Source of the DNA: Methanofastidiosum sp.
Lineage (GTDB): Archaea; Methanobacteriota_B; Thermococci; Methanofastidiosales; Methanofastidiosaceae
Reading direction: 5' to 3'
DNA length: 64,000 bases
Assembly: GCA_040771805.1 (NCBI GenBank)
Contig: JAXGZJ010000001.1
Location: 1,359,961-1,423,960 of the forward strand
The stretch's first letter is position 1. Each line of letters starts with the position of its first letter. The position numbers were made by a program, and so were the translations under genes. Below the pieces are notes generated by a model. The model was not told the DNA's origin. It did no database searches and saw only the letters and a program-made list of their open reading frames with translations. Of this stretch, positions 47,575 through 58,341 are shown piece by piece.

Positions 47575-48356
47575 TAATTAAACGTATCAATTATTTTATC
47601 TAAGTTTATTACATCCTTCCACGATCTAATTTCATTATGATTTGTCGCATCTAGATGTATTGGCGTCAAAGAAATTTTATTCTGTAGTAGTGCAGAGTAG
47701 TCGGTACCATCTTCTACAAAACCCCCCGGAGCTTTACCGAATACTTTAAAGACCATCTTACCTCCCTCGTTATCAGTTTCGAATGGTTCATCGTAGTACA
47801 CCCTCCTACCTAGTCGTGTTACTTCAATACCCTTTAGTTCATTGAAGGGCACAGAAGGAACATTTATGTTAAGAAGCGTATCAGTTGGCAACTTAGAAAA
47901 ATTCCAAGAATTGAAAAGTATTTCTAAAAATTTTGTTGCAGTTTCAAACATAGGATTAAAGTAGTCACTTGAAGAAATTGCTATTGAAGGTATTCCGTTT
48001 ATTATGCCTTCTCTTGCAGCTGAAACAGTGCCCGAGTAATATATATCATAAGATATATTCTCTCCGTGATTTATTCCAGAAAGAATCAAGTCAATTTTTT
48101 CTTTCATGAAATGCCTTATAGATAGAGCGACACAGTCTACAGGGGTCCCAGAAACAACATAGTCTGTTCTTTTTTTATTTTCTAAGTATACCTCTTCAAC
48201 TCCAATTTTTTTAAATATAGAATAACTATGCCCAATACCACTGCAGTTTTCTTTGGGGGCTACAACTACCACCTCTCCCAAAGATTCGGCAATTTCTATA
48301 AGGCTATTTAGTCCTTCTCTTCCATAACCATCATCATTAGTTACAAGTATTCTCAT
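47571..48356 (-). CDS. surE: 5'/3'-nucleotidase SurE
   Basis: 261 aa. It begins MRILVTNDDGYGREGL...VVVAPKENCSGIGHS. Confidence 0.85.
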   Translation of the reverse strand: MRILVTNDDGYGREGLNSLIEIAESLGEVVVVAPKENCSGIGHSYSIFKKIGVEEVYLENKKRTDYVVSGTPVDCVALSIRHFMKEKIDLILSGINHGENISYDIYYSGTVSAAREGIINGIPSIAISSSDYFNPMFETATKFLEILFNSWNFSKLPTDTLLNINVPSVPFNELKGIEVTRLGRRVYYDEPFETDNEGGKMVFKVFGKAPGGFVEDGTDYSALLQNKISLTPIHLDATNHNEIRSWKDVINLDKIIDTFNY

Positions 48357-48390
48357 TTGAACTAAAAAAGATATGAGTTACTTTTAAAGG

Positions 48391-49518
48391 TTATTCTCTA
48401 ATAATTTCAAGTACTGCCTCTTTTGGTACCCTTAAATGAATTAAATTTTGTTTACCGCGACCTCTAGATTGTGCCCGTTGAATATCTATGAGCTTAAGAT
48501 TTTCAAGTTTTGTTGTCACTTTTCTAAATAGTTCATATGACATTTCTCCAGATAAAATATTGAAGAAATCATTGGCTTTTGTAAATTTACCGGAATTTAA
48601 AGCTATAGTTTTTAGAACCCTTACATCAGAATTGGATAAACCATCAAAGACATTTTCAACATGAAGAAAAGAGCTTATCCGATCAATTGCCTTTTCAACA
48701 TCATCAACAGTTATTTTCCGTCTAGCTTCAAGCTCTGCTAACATTCCTGCTTCTTTTATTCCCCTTATCCCTAGCCTTAAATCTCCTTTATCAAAAGTTA
48801 TCTCCGAAATTTTATCTAAAACTTCTTCATCCATTACTCCCGGATATAGCCCGATATCACAACGATATCTAAGAATATCCGATATTGTAGATCGTGAGTA
48901 GGGCTTAAAGTGAACTTCATTTGGCATGAATACTGTTCTAATTTTTTCAGAAACTTTAAATGAAAATGCATTATCTGTAACAATTCCAATAATTCCTGTT
49001 TTAACACCAGGAAATATCTCATGTGCCCTTAGAATTTTATAAAGAATATTTTCTGCAACGTTGACATGGAATAAAAAATCAACATCATCCAATGCAACAA
49101 GTAATCTTTTATCCTTTTTTTGTAATTCTCCCATAGTATATTCATATAGTGTTGCCAAAGGTTTACCAGTTTCTACTGGAGGGTATCCAAAAATTCCTTT
49201 AAAAATTTGGGCCATTATAGAAAACTCTCGGTAATGAAACTGACAGTTAATGTAGACGGGTACGACCTCATTTGAAACTTCAGTAATATTTTTGAATAGT
49301 AACTTGACAGAGGTAGTTTTTCCAGTACCTGTTGGCCCAAGAATTATAGTATTTGTAGGGAGATCTCCTTTGATTAAGGGTTTTACATTATGGGATATAG
49401 CCTCAAGCTCATTGTCTCTAAAATTGAAAACCTCCGGTACATAACTAAGATCGAATACTTCTGGGCGTCTAAACAATGATTCGTCCCACATCAAGATATT
49501 TTTTATTTTGCTTGACAT
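48391..49518 (-). CDS. cdc6: Orc1/Cdc6 replication initiator (AAA+ with C-terminal winged helix)
   Basis: 375 aa. Walker A is ILGPTGTGKT. Walker B is near LLVALDDVD. The C-terminus is a wH. Confidence 0.85.
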   Translation of the reverse strand: MSSKIKNILMWDESLFRRPEVFDLSYVPEVFNFRDNELEAISHNVKPLIKGDLPTNTIILGPTGTGKTTSVKLLFKNITEVSNEVVPVYINCQFHYREFSIMAQIFKGIFGYPPVETGKPLATLYEYTMGELQKKDKRLLVALDDVDFLFHVNVAENILYKILRAHEIFPGVKTGIIGIVTDNAFSFKVSEKIRTVFMPNEVHFKPYSRSTISDILRYRCDIGLYPGVMDEEVLDKISEITFDKGDLRLGIRGIKEAGMLAELEARRKITVDDVEKAIDRISSFLHVENVFDGLSNSDVRVLKTIALNSGKFTKANDFFNILSGEMSYELFRKVTTKLENLKLIDIQRAQSRGRGKQNLIHLRVPKEAVLEIIRE

Positions 49519-50223
49519 AACTAAATAAAAAAATTATTTTAAGTTTTTATGCTTTAGCTATCTCCATAAATATGTTCGATAGTATAAAGTTTTTTTCCTT
49601 TTTTTCAGCATTTGCATGTTCTATTGCCTTTTCAATTATTAGTGGAAAAGGTACTTTTTTCAAATTATTGTTGTGTGTCATACAATCACCAATTAATATA
49701 AAATTAGAAATAATATAAAGTAATCCTAGACAGAATATTTTATTTTTTATTAAATTATTAGTTTAATATTACTCAAAATAGCCAAATACCCCTAAATAAT
49801 CCTTATTTTTAGATTTTAAAAAATATTACGTATTAGAATCTTATAAAAAACAGTATTTAATCTTAAATAAATTAACATATATATGGAAGTAAAAAAAAGA
49901 GAGTCATAATAATAATTATTGTAGTATATGAAATGCTTTTATTCTCCTCTTTACACATTTTTATATTTTAGATAGTGTTATAAAAATAAAATCATGAAAA
50001 AAATTTATACAAAATTTTCGAAATAGTAACAAAGGAAAACTGCCACTACACTAATAATAAATATTGTATATCCAAATATTAATTCTACAATGTCTTCAGC
50101 TTTCAAATAATCGCCCTATTAAAATAGGATTTAGAGTAAATAAAGTTTACTATGAGATTAGTAAAAATAAAAAATATGTCAGACCGCCCATCTCTCATCA
50201 TTCATCAGACGCTGTCGGTTTCC
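49519..50223. promoter_or_regulatory. Candidate replication origin (oriC): ~700 bp AT-rich non-coding region immediately upstream of orc1/cdc6
   Basis: The region is extremely AT-rich (about 15% GC at 49861-49920). Inverted ORB-like motifs lie at 49644-49654 (AGTGGAAAAGG) and 50036-50049 (reverse complement AGTGGCAGTTTTCC), flanking the AT-rich core. It is adjacent to cdc6, as at most archaeal origins. Confidence 0.4.
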
Positions 50224-51447
50224 TCATCCATACATGCCAATAAGTGAATTATTTGGATATTCCGATGATGTAATTCTAGATACTGAACATTTAAAGTCTT
50301 CGGAAGTTACGTAATCTCGATCATCTCTTATAGCAGCCATTCCAGCCTCTGTGCATAGAGACCTAATCTCTGCACCAGATAAACCATCTATTATATCAAT
50401 AATTTCTGAATAATCAAGATTTTTGATATTCATGTTTCTTGAATGGATTTTGAATATATCCAAACATCCATCTTTTGTAGGCGGAGGTATTTCAATTAGC
50501 CTATCAAATCTACCAGGGCGTAGAAGTGCGGGATCTAATATATCAACCCTATTTGTAGCTCCCAATATCTTAACTTGCCCTCTCGAATCAAATCCGTCAA
50601 GTTCAGCTAAAAGTTGCATCATCGTTCTTGCAACTTCCCTATCTCCACTTATACCAGTATCTACACGTCTTGCCCCTATAGCATCAATTTCATCAATAAA
50701 TAAAATTGAAGGAGATTTTTCTCTTGCGAGATTAAAAACTTCTCGCACCATTCTTGCTCCTTCTCCAATATACTTTCTAACAAATTCCGATCCTACGACT
50801 CTAATAAAAGTGGAATCAGTTTCATTGGCAACAGCTTTAACGATTAAAGTCTTACCGTTTCCGGGGGGGCCATACAGTAGTACTCCGTTTGGAGGATCTA
50901 TTCCGACTTTATCAAATAATTCGGGTTTTTTAAGAGGTAGCTCTACAGTCTCTTTTATTTTATTTATTTGATCTCTTAATCCACCAATTTCACAATATGT
51001 AACTCCAGTTTTATCTAAAACTTCCATTCCACAAACTTCTGGATCTTTTGTAGAAGGCAATACTTCCATTATTGAAAGGTTTCTTTGATTGCAAGCTACT
51101 AATGCGCCAGGAACTAGATCTTTCATATCTACATTAGAACATGCGCCCACTACAAACTTGGGCCCGCTAGAGCTTTTTATAATTATTTTGGAAGGATCTA
51201 TTGCTTCAACCACAACACCCGTGATTAATGGAGGTGCATTCAATCTATCCAGTTCTTTTTTGAGATTTTCATTCTCTTTTTCCAATCTAATTTTTTCCGT
51301 AATAAAACTTCTATTTTGAATTTCTAAAAGCTTTAATCTTTCTATTATTTTATCATTATATTGAACATCATTCTCATAAACATCTTCTTCGTCAAGTCTC
51401 TTTGTCCGATACTTAATACTACTGTCCACTATTAGCACCCCGAACAT
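50224..51447 (-). CDS. pan: Proteasome-activating nucleotidase PAN (AAA+ ATPase)
   Basis: 407 aa. It has an N-terminal coiled coil. Walker A is GPPGNGKT. An AAA SRH is present. The C-terminal MYG is an HbYX-type tail. Confidence 0.85.
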   Translation of the reverse strand: MFGVLIVDSSIKYRTKRLDEEDVYENDVQYNDKIIERLKLLEIQNRSFITEKIRLEKENENLKKELDRLNAPPLITGVVVEAIDPSKIIIKSSSGPKFVVGACSNVDMKDLVPGALVACNQRNLSIMEVLPSTKDPEVCGMEVLDKTGVTYCEIGGLRDQINKIKETVELPLKKPELFDKVGIDPPNGVLLYGPPGNGKTLIVKAVANETDSTFIRVVGSEFVRKYIGEGARMVREVFNLAREKSPSILFIDEIDAIGARRVDTGISGDREVARTMMQLLAELDGFDSRGQVKILGATNRVDILDPALLRPGRFDRLIEIPPPTKDGCLDIFKIHSRNMNIKNLDYSEIIDIIDGLSGAEIRSLCTEAGMAAIRDDRDYVTSEDFKCSVSRITSSEYPNNSLIGMYG

Positions 51448-51605
51448 AATATATTAGATTTCACTGATTTATAAATGTTTCTGCATTGAGTATCATTGGT
51501 GTGAGAAATATTTTAAAAAAAACTTACAATAGTGGATATCACTTTTAATAAGAGACAGAAGTTCAAAACCCTTATAAATATTGATATTGAAAAACTATTG
51601 ATAAG

Positions 51606-52097
51606 ATGATATGTGAAATATGTGGCAAAATTATACATGGAAAAGTGTTCAATATTAAAGTTGAAAGTGCCAGCATAAAAGTTTGTGATAAATGTTCAAG
51701 ATTTGGAGTAGATCATCAAAGTTGGTCAAAGTATGGCAAAGGTGATATAGGTTCAGAAGGGATAGCCTTACCTTTGAAGTCTCGGATAAGTGCACCAGTT
51801 AAAATGAAAGAAGAATATACGTTAGTAGAGGACTATCACAAAGTAATAAAGGATGCTCGAGAAGCAAAAGGATGGTCACAGAAAGATCTCGCTAGAAAAA
51901 TGAATGAAAAAGAATCTATTATACACCATATTGAAACAGAAGGTTTTGCCCTTTCTAATGAGTTAATACAAAAATTAGAGAAGATTTTGAACATTAAATT
52001 AAAAGATAAATCTGATGAAGTCATAAACATATCTAAGTCAAAACAAAATTTAAAGGAAACAACAATAGGCGATATAATCAAGATAAAGAAAAAGTGA
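51606..52097 (+). CDS. Archaeal MBF1 (multiprotein bridging factor 1): Zn ribbon plus XRE-type HTH
   Basis: 163 aa. The N-terminus carries CEICGK...CDKC. The HTH reads KDAREAKGWSQKDLARKMNEKESIIHHIE. Confidence 0.7.
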   Translation: MICEICGKIIHGKVFNIKVESASIKVCDKCSRFGVDHQSWSKYGKGDIGSEGIALPLKSRISAPVKMKEEYTLVEDYHKVIKDAREAKGWSQKDLARKMNEKESIIHHIETEGFALSNELIQKLEKILNIKLKDKSDEVINISKSKQNLKETTIGDIIKIKKK

Positions 52098-53223
52098 GAT
52101 AATCTAAGAATACTGTTGCATATTCTCCTTTATAAAGAAAAAACATAAAGTTAGCCTTATTTTCATCAATTTTATATGAAAGATCCTTATACTTTCCTAA
52201 GATGTTTCTATATGCGCCATTTGATGCTAAAAAAGGAGCCTCTTTAACTTGAAAATTCATTCTACTAATTCCGTCTTTTTCCAAAATATCAACTAATAAT
52301 CTCCCTAAGATAGATTTGGGAATAAGCGAATTAAATCCCACTAACGGACCTATAACGTTAATATTGCCTTTTTTTATTCCATCCTTAATCCTTTCTATAT
52401 TGGACTTTGTTGCCTGTGTTCTATGATAGTTTCCTTCTTTTTCCATAGAAACTAAATCACCAATCTCGACATCATTAATAGGAACTTCCTTTATCCGATC
52501 TAAAAGTGCGTCATTGAATATCTTTGCTTGGTATGCATGAACAAAAAGGGAATAAGTTGAAGGAGGGAGTATTGAAAAAGCTTTTGAGTAATTGGAAGAC
52601 TTTGACAAATACTCTAAAATATACCTCTCATTTCTCAACTTGGGGTAATATTCAAGTGCTTTAGCATACTTCCCTTCTATAATCAATTCATTTAGCTCTG
52701 AAGAAAGATTATCCTTTATTAAATATTTTTCAACTGCTTCCTTGAATTCTCCTCTTAAGATAAATCTACCTACTTCTTCGTTTCCTCCAAATCTCTGTTC
52801 TCCAAAAAGATTTGGAAATCCAAAATTTTTTTCAATTTCTTGAATATTGGATTGTACAACATTTTCAAAATTTTCTGGAATATTTCTAACAAGGATGTTG
52901 AAATTATTTCCTACTAAGTCACCTATATTAATCTTCTGCCCTTCAGAAAAATCGGATAATTCTACACAATTGATAGTAATTCCCTCTAGTATATCCCTAT
53001 AATGTTTATCAACGGAAAAATACTGGGTGGTAACTGCATGTCTATCCTTAAGTCCCGCAAATCCAAATTTTCCAAAAGGTATTCCAGTCTTCTTTGAAAT
53101 TTCATGAATTACATCTATCGTATCTCGATTAGTTTTTTTCACTTTAAATACTAGGTATTTTCCATTTTTAATATCTATTACTTCATCTACTTGAAAATCC
53201 TCAGGATACTTCTTTATTTCCAT
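52078..53223 (-). CDS. truD: tRNA pseudouridine synthase TruD (Pus7 family)
   Basis: 381 aa. It reads YPEDFQVDEVI and GFAGLKDRHAVTTQYFSV, the TruD catalytic Asp motif. Confidence 0.7.
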   Translation of the reverse strand: MEIKKYPEDFQVDEVIDIKNGKYLVFKVKKTNRDTIDVIHEISKKTGIPFGKFGFAGLKDRHAVTTQYFSVDKHYRDILEGITINCVELSDFSEGQKINIGDLVGNNFNILVRNIPENFENVVQSNIQEIEKNFGFPNLFGEQRFGGNEEVGRFILRGEFKEAVEKYLIKDNLSSELNELIIEGKYAKALEYYPKLRNERYILEYLSKSSNYSKAFSILPPSTYSLFVHAYQAKIFNDALLDRIKEVPINDVEIGDLVSMEKEGNYHRTQATKSNIERIKDGIKKGNINVIGPLVGFNSLIPKSILGRLLVDILEKDGISRMNFQVKEAPFLASNGAYRNILGKYKDLSYKIDENKANFMFFLYKGEYATVFLDYLTFSLS

Positions 53224-53233
53224 GAGCGCAGCC

Positions 53234-53887
53234 CTAATTAACCCTAGTACTTATTTCGGTTAAGGTAAAAAAATCTCCGATGCCAGTCCACCTAACTCTC
53301 AAAGGTCCACTGTATAATCCAGATGATTGTGTGCTCAAAATTACTTCAAAATTTAATGTTTGATGTGGACCAAGAGAATCTATTGAAATTTCGTTATTGA
53401 TTAGCCTTGCTCTTGGATCTGTTACTCTTACTACTTGAAATCCTCTCATATAAGATTCAGGTAATGAAATTCTAATATTTTGAGCATTTTCATTCGCAGT
53501 ATTTGTTAAATTGAAGGCAATCCGGACATTATCACTTGGATGCAAAATTGAAGAGGTCCATTGAACTTCACTAGATACCCAGATTACAGGGATATCCCAC
53601 GACTTAAGTTGAAGTTGTAAAACTTCATTTTTCTTCAATAAATCTTGAATTTGAGAGGTATAGTTTCTAATAACAGAATCATATTGAGATTTAGCAACTT
53701 CAAGTACGGCAATCTTATTTTCAAGGATTGTTTGTTGGCTTTGAAGTCTTGTTATGTCTTGATTAAGTGTGGTTATTTTTTGACTGAGCATGGTATTTTG
53801 AGTATTTAGAAGACTAACGTTATAAACTGCTACTGCAAGCCCTACAGCCAAAATAAATGTAGCAACTACAAATACTTCTTTTTGCAT
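53234..53887 (-). CDS. Hypothetical membrane-anchored coiled-coil protein
   Basis: 217 aa, with an N-terminal TM, a Q/L-rich coiled coil, and a beta-rich C-terminal domain. Confidence 0.4.
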   Translation of the reverse strand: MQKEVFVVATFILAVGLAVAVYNVSLLNTQNTMLSQKITTLNQDITRLQSQQTILENKIAVLEVAKSQYDSVIRNYTSQIQDLLKKNEVLQLQLKSWDIPVIWVSSEVQWTSSILHPSDNVRIAFNLTNTANENAQNIRISLPESYMRGFQVVRVTDPRARLINNEISIDSLGPHQTLNFEVILSTQSSGLYSGPLRVRWTGIGDFFTLTEISTRVN

Positions 53888-53894
53888 AAAATCC

Positions 53895-54740
53895 CTACCT
53901 AATTATATTGACAACAAAGTCCATTATGATTCTACCAAATCCTTCTGGCAATGAGTCCATTAGGATAAGAGTCATATTTTTGTTATAAACTTTTATTTTG
54001 TCCTCCCTATATAGTCTAAGTATTTTATAATATATATCTTTTCTTGTTGTCTTATCATATTTGGCTTGATCAAGTAAGCTTATAGATATTTCTCCAATTA
54101 TCTTGCTTTTTACCCTCCAAAGACTTGCCTCAGGTATATCTCTTATACTTGTAGGATCAACTATTGGAAATGCTTTTCCTTGAAGAATCTGCTTAGCCAT
54201 GATGCCATTAACATCTCCTTTTGCAATAATATCCCGTTTTAATCCAAGTATGAGAATCTGTTGATTGAAATCAACGGGGACATCTCCAACAACATCAACC
54301 AATTCTTTTAATGTTTCAGAATCTATAACAACAACTCTGTGTATATCAATCTTTGATTGATCTTTTGAAATCTCTTTAGCATATTCGATTCCTTGTTTTA
54401 TGTCATGAGCTTTAATCAATGAGTTGTTTATATTTATTCCTAGATAGTTTAAAGTAGTGTTCGTTGATAAAGGGTCTATATCAATGCTATTTCCTTTAGA
54501 TCTTAGATTTGAGAATGTGATAATTGAAGACACTTCAACTAAGCCTGGATCCCCTTTTTCCTCATCTACAAAAAGGAAAAGTACATTTTCATTACCAAGC
54601 TTGTAGACGTCACAAAAAATCACAGTAAACATTAAACCCAGCAATAAAACTATAAGTATGAAGATTTTCCACTTTTTAGTTTTTTTCTTAGATTCCTGTT
54701 TTGGAGTTTCACCATTATTTTTTTTCATCTTTCTCACCAA
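53895..54740 (-). CDS. Hypothetical signal-anchored protein
   Basis: 281 aa, with a basic N-terminus, one TM, and an extracytoplasmic domain. No motif recognised. Confidence 0.4.
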   Translation of the reverse strand: MVRKMKKNNGETPKQESKKKTKKWKIFILIVLLLGLMFTVIFCDVYKLGNENVLFLFVDEEKGDPGLVEVSSIITFSNLRSKGNSIDIDPLSTNTTLNYLGININNSLIKAHDIKQGIEYAKEISKDQSKIDIHRVVVIDSETLKELVDVVGDVPVDFNQQILILGLKRDIIAKGDVNGIMAKQILQGKAFPIVDPTSIRDIPEASLWRVKSKIIGEISISLLDQAKYDKTTRKDIYYKILRLYREDKIKVYNKNMTLILMDSLPEGFGRIIMDFVVNIIR

Positions 54741-54800
54741 TGTCTCTTAATTGCCCCTAATTCCTAAAAATATTTAAGACTACCTATTACAAGTACTATT

Positions 54801-55742
54801 ATGAAGATACTTTGCCCTAATTGTAGGGCCGCTATCATTTTCAAGGGCGATGAAAAATACTTAAGTTGTCTAAATTGTAAGTTAAAGATAAAGATGCCTA
54901 GGAAAAAAGACTCTATAAAGATAGAGCCAAATCTTATTGAAAAATGTTCTATCTGTGAAAAGATAATAAAAGCTTCCAAAAATAAAAGAAGATGTCCTGT
55001 TTGTGGGCAAAAGGTATGCTCTTCTTGTTGGAATTATTCTAGACTTGTCTGTAAAAAGTGCCTTGAAGAGGGCATAACTACAAGACCACTTTATACTTTA
55101 AAAGAGAGAAGTTCAAGACCTAAGCTATTTCTAAGAGAAGAGTTCATAGAAGAAATAAAAGAAAAAGAAATAACTTCAATTTCTCTCAAGATTAAAAATT
55201 TAGGAAACGAAGATGCCCTATATGTAAAGGCAGATATAAGATCCTCTCCAAATGTCACAACAATTGAGTCTGCAGACATAGGTAAAATAGAAATAGAAAA
55301 AGAAAAGAAATGTATATTGAGATTCACCCCGAAATATAGTGGTGAGGGATATATAGAGATTCTTCTGAGCTATGAAGATTATGAAAAAAACAAGTTTTTT
55401 GAAAGTATAAAAACAAAGTTTGAAATTAAAGAAAAAAAGAAACGTAGCGATGGGACGTGGAATTATCAAAAATGGGAATATCGTTCAAAAAATGAAAGAC
55501 AAAGAGAAAAGCCAATAATAAAAGAAGGTGATTCTCTAGAAGTGTTGTTAAAAAAATTTGGATGTCCTCCTGATGCAACAATCGAAGAAATAAAAAAGAG
55601 AAAGAAGATATTAAATATGATGTTCCATCCAGACTTTAATGTAAATAAACCTGATCAAGTTAAGAAAGAAATGGAAGATATGCTTAAGGAGATAAATGAA
55701 ACTTATCAAAAAATTTTAATTAAAAAGGGAGATTTAAAATAA
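54801..55742 (+). CDS. Zinc-ribbon protein with a C-terminal J domain (DnaJ-like co-chaperone domain)
   Basis: 313 aa. The N-terminus carries CPNC...CLNC and CSIC...CPVCGQKVCSSC...CKKC. The C-terminal J domain carries the HPD motif (ILNMMFHPDFNVNKPDQVKKEMEDMLKEINETYQKI). Confidence 0.55.
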   Translation: MKILCPNCRAAIIFKGDEKYLSCLNCKLKIKMPRKKDSIKIEPNLIEKCSICEKIIKASKNKRRCPVCGQKVCSSCWNYSRLVCKKCLEEGITTRPLYTLKERSSRPKLFLREEFIEEIKEKEITSISLKIKNLGNEDALYVKADIRSSPNVTTIESADIGKIEIEKEKKCILRFTPKYSGEGYIEILLSYEDYEKNKFFESIKTKFEIKEKKKRSDGTWNYQKWEYRSKNERQREKPIIKEGDSLEVLLKKFGCPPDATIEEIKKRKKILNMMFHPDFNVNKPDQVKKEMEDMLKEINETYQKILIKKGDLK

Positions 55743-55843
55743 ACTAACGCATTACTCTAAAATCAATACATAAATTATTGAATTAGTTGAATATTATGTT
55801 TACCCTTTACAAATATTGGAATTTTTTTTAATTTAGCTGTAGG

Positions 55844-56434
55844 ATGAAAAGTATGGTTCATAAATTCAATATTAAAGAAATGCACAAATTAGATTCTTTT
55901 GAAAGAAGAAAAGTACTGCCTCCGGAAGAAATTTTAATTAAAGCCGGCCTGAAAAATAAAGATATCTTCATAGATATTGGGTGTGGAATAGGTTATTTTT
56001 CAATACCTGCTTCTAGGATTATAGGAGAGGGAGGTAAGGTATTTGCCCTAGATACTTCTAGTGAAATGTTAGAGGAATTTGAAAAGAGAATAAATGAAAG
56101 AAATATAAAAAATATTACGCCAATTCTTTCTGATCCTTATAAATTTCCTTTAGAATCTAATGTCGGAACATTTGCATTAATTTCGAATGTTCTTCATGAA
56201 GTTGAGGATAAAGTAAGCTTTCTAAACGAAACAAACAGAGTTCTACGTGTATGTGGAATACTTTGCATAATCGAATGGCAAAAAAGGAAAACAGATAGAG
56301 GGCCTCCCTTGGAAGATAGAATAGATGAATCTGAAATAAAAAATTTATTAGAAAAAACTAATTACAAACTAATTAATAAATATTTAATAGGAGAGTTATA
56401 CTCTCTTTATATATCAAGGAAGTTAATTAAATAA
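55844..56434 (+). CDS. Class I SAM-dependent methyltransferase
   Basis: 196 aa. Motif I reads FIDIGCGIGYFSI. Motif post-I reads VFALDTS. Confidence 0.7.
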   Translation: MKSMVHKFNIKEMHKLDSFERRKVLPPEEILIKAGLKNKDIFIDIGCGIGYFSIPASRIIGEGGKVFALDTSSEMLEEFEKRINERNIKNITPILSDPYKFPLESNVGTFALISNVLHEVEDKVSFLNETNRVLRVCGILCIIEWQKRKTDRGPPLEDRIDESEIKNLLEKTNYKLINKYLIGELYSLYISRKLIK

Positions 56435-56843
56435 GTTATAAGGGATATGCCATCTTCTTGTTAAATTTTTTCCAATTATGACTTTAATACACAAATATCA
56501 AATTTAACTGTAATCAAATATTTAAACGTTAGATGTTTCACAAACTAGTTGTGTTCTTAATTTTAATTTCAATAATCTTACAAACATATTCTTCAAAATA
56601 ATTAGTATAGATTTTAAAAAGTATAATTTCATAGTTCAAATTTTTTTAAAAAAACTGTTTTTGAATGTGTCTTAAATATCAAATTATAATAGTTTGTAGC
56701 CCTAAATTTCTCTAATGGTTTCAACTGTATCAACGTTTTAATATTAAATTTAATTATTCTGCCTCTTTAAGATATTTGATAGTATATTTGTTGTCAAGTC
56801 TTATAGCTTGTAATAAAAAGTCAAATAAGAACTACAGATACCT

Positions 56844-57428
56844 TCACATATCTTTTCTTAAAGATTTAAAGGATCCTATGGGCCTCTTTTTTTTAAATGG
56901 AATACCTACAAATCTATCTTCACTAACAGATTTAACATCTTCTACTGAAACAAAAGAATCAGGGATATACTTGTTAATTGCATCATATATCATGTCTAGT
57001 TTTTTTCGTTTAACTACTGTAAAAAGAATCTTTACATTTCCTTTTATTCCTTTGGCATCAATTATGGTAACTCCACATTTTTCTTTCTTTAAAAATTTAA
57101 GGAAATCATCAGTTTTTTCTTTTGTTATAATTCTTGCAATCACATGCCCAACAGCAAGCCTTTCCTCAATCACGATTCCAACATAATTTCCCGCTGCAAA
57201 TCCTGCTGCATACGATATATAATGTATGACACTGTTTACATTTTGCATTACCTGGCCGATTACATTAATCCAGATAAAAACTTCAAAAAATCCTACTAAT
57301 GGCGCAAGTTTCTTAAGATTTTTTGATACGAAAATAATCCTCATAGTTCCTAAGCTAACATCGGCCACCCTTGCAAGAAAAATTAATACGGGTAAAACCC
57401 AAAACATCAAATTCATCCAAGTCCCCAT
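56844..57428 (-). CDS. UPF0316/DUF2179-like membrane protein
   Basis: 194 aa, with three N-terminal TM helices and a C-terminal soluble domain (...GVTIIDAKGIKGN...). Confidence 0.45.
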   Translation of the reverse strand: MGTWMNLMFWVLPVLIFLARVADVSLGTMRIIFVSKNLKKLAPLVGFFEVFIWINVIGQVMQNVNSVIHYISYAAGFAAGNYVGIVIEERLAVGHVIARIITKEKTDDFLKFLKKEKCGVTIIDAKGIKGNVKILFTVVKRKKLDMIYDAINKYIPDSFVSVEDVKSVSEDRFVGIPFKKKRPIGSFKSLRKDM

Positions 57429-57567
57429 CAGTAGAACTAATAATTAGTATAAAAGTATTTATGTAGTAGTCCAAATACATGTAAAAAAGTTACTCATAAG
57501 TCATTATTATTTCTTACAAGTCGAAATATTTTTAAACGATTATTCAATTAATTAAAATGAGAGCGTT

Positions 57568-58206
57568 ATGCCTAAAGTATTTCCAGAATACAGAGAAGAA
57601 GCAAAAAATAGAATAATAAAGCAATCTGTAAAGTTCTTTTCTGAAAAAGGATATTATAAAACGAAGATGGCTGAAATTGCAGAGTGTCTTGGGGTTAGCA
57701 AAGGGGCAATATATCAGTATTTTAAAAGTAAAGAAGAACTTTTTTTGGAAGTAATAAAATTTTATGTCGAATACACTCAAAAAGATTTAGTGACATTTTT
57801 GAATTCAAGACCTCCCCAAGACATATCTACGGATGAATTTTTTGACATTATGTTTAACTTAGAGCAGTCTGCATCATTTGAAAATTTTAAAATATTGGAC
57901 AAATTATTCCCTCCTCTTGACTTTAATTTGGCAATGTCTGAGCTCATGACAAGTAATCCTTTGATGAAAGAAGAAATGACAAAATACTACAAAGATTCAA
58001 TTAAACTAATGGCAGACTACTTTGAAAGTTATAAGACAAAAGGATTGATAAAAAAAGATATTGATAGTTTTTCTCTTTCAATGGGAATAACTTCTATCCA
58101 AGATGGACTCATGGCAGCTATGCAAATGGGAATTGAAATTTCTGATATAAGAAAATCGTGGAAAGAAATAACTAAAATGATTTTAAAAAGCACGTTAGTT
58201 AAATAA
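57568..58206 (+). CDS. TetR family transcriptional regulator
   Basis: 212 aa. The N-terminal HTH reads KGYYKTKMAEIAECLGVSKGAIYQYFKSKEELF. Confidence 0.75.
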   Translation: MPKVFPEYREEAKNRIIKQSVKFFSEKGYYKTKMAEIAECLGVSKGAIYQYFKSKEELFLEVIKFYVEYTQKDLVTFLNSRPPQDISTDEFFDIMFNLEQSASFENFKILDKLFPPLDFNLAMSELMTSNPLMKEEMTKYYKDSIKLMADYFESYKTKGLIKKDIDSFSLSMGITSIQDGLMAAMQMGIEISDIRKSWKEITKMILKSTLVK

Positions 58207-58341
58207 TATTTTAATTTTAAATTTGAACTTACAAGTCTTCATTAAGAGTTCTGTCAAAATATTTCAAACTCCATAGCTTTATCTTAAATTTTAAAAAGTA
58301 TACTAAATCCTTATATATAAAATCGACACATATCGTTACTT

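Noticed and set aside
50423-50971. ORF on the + strand, 182 aa
   Set aside because: It is antisense to PAN, an unambiguous AAA ATPase.
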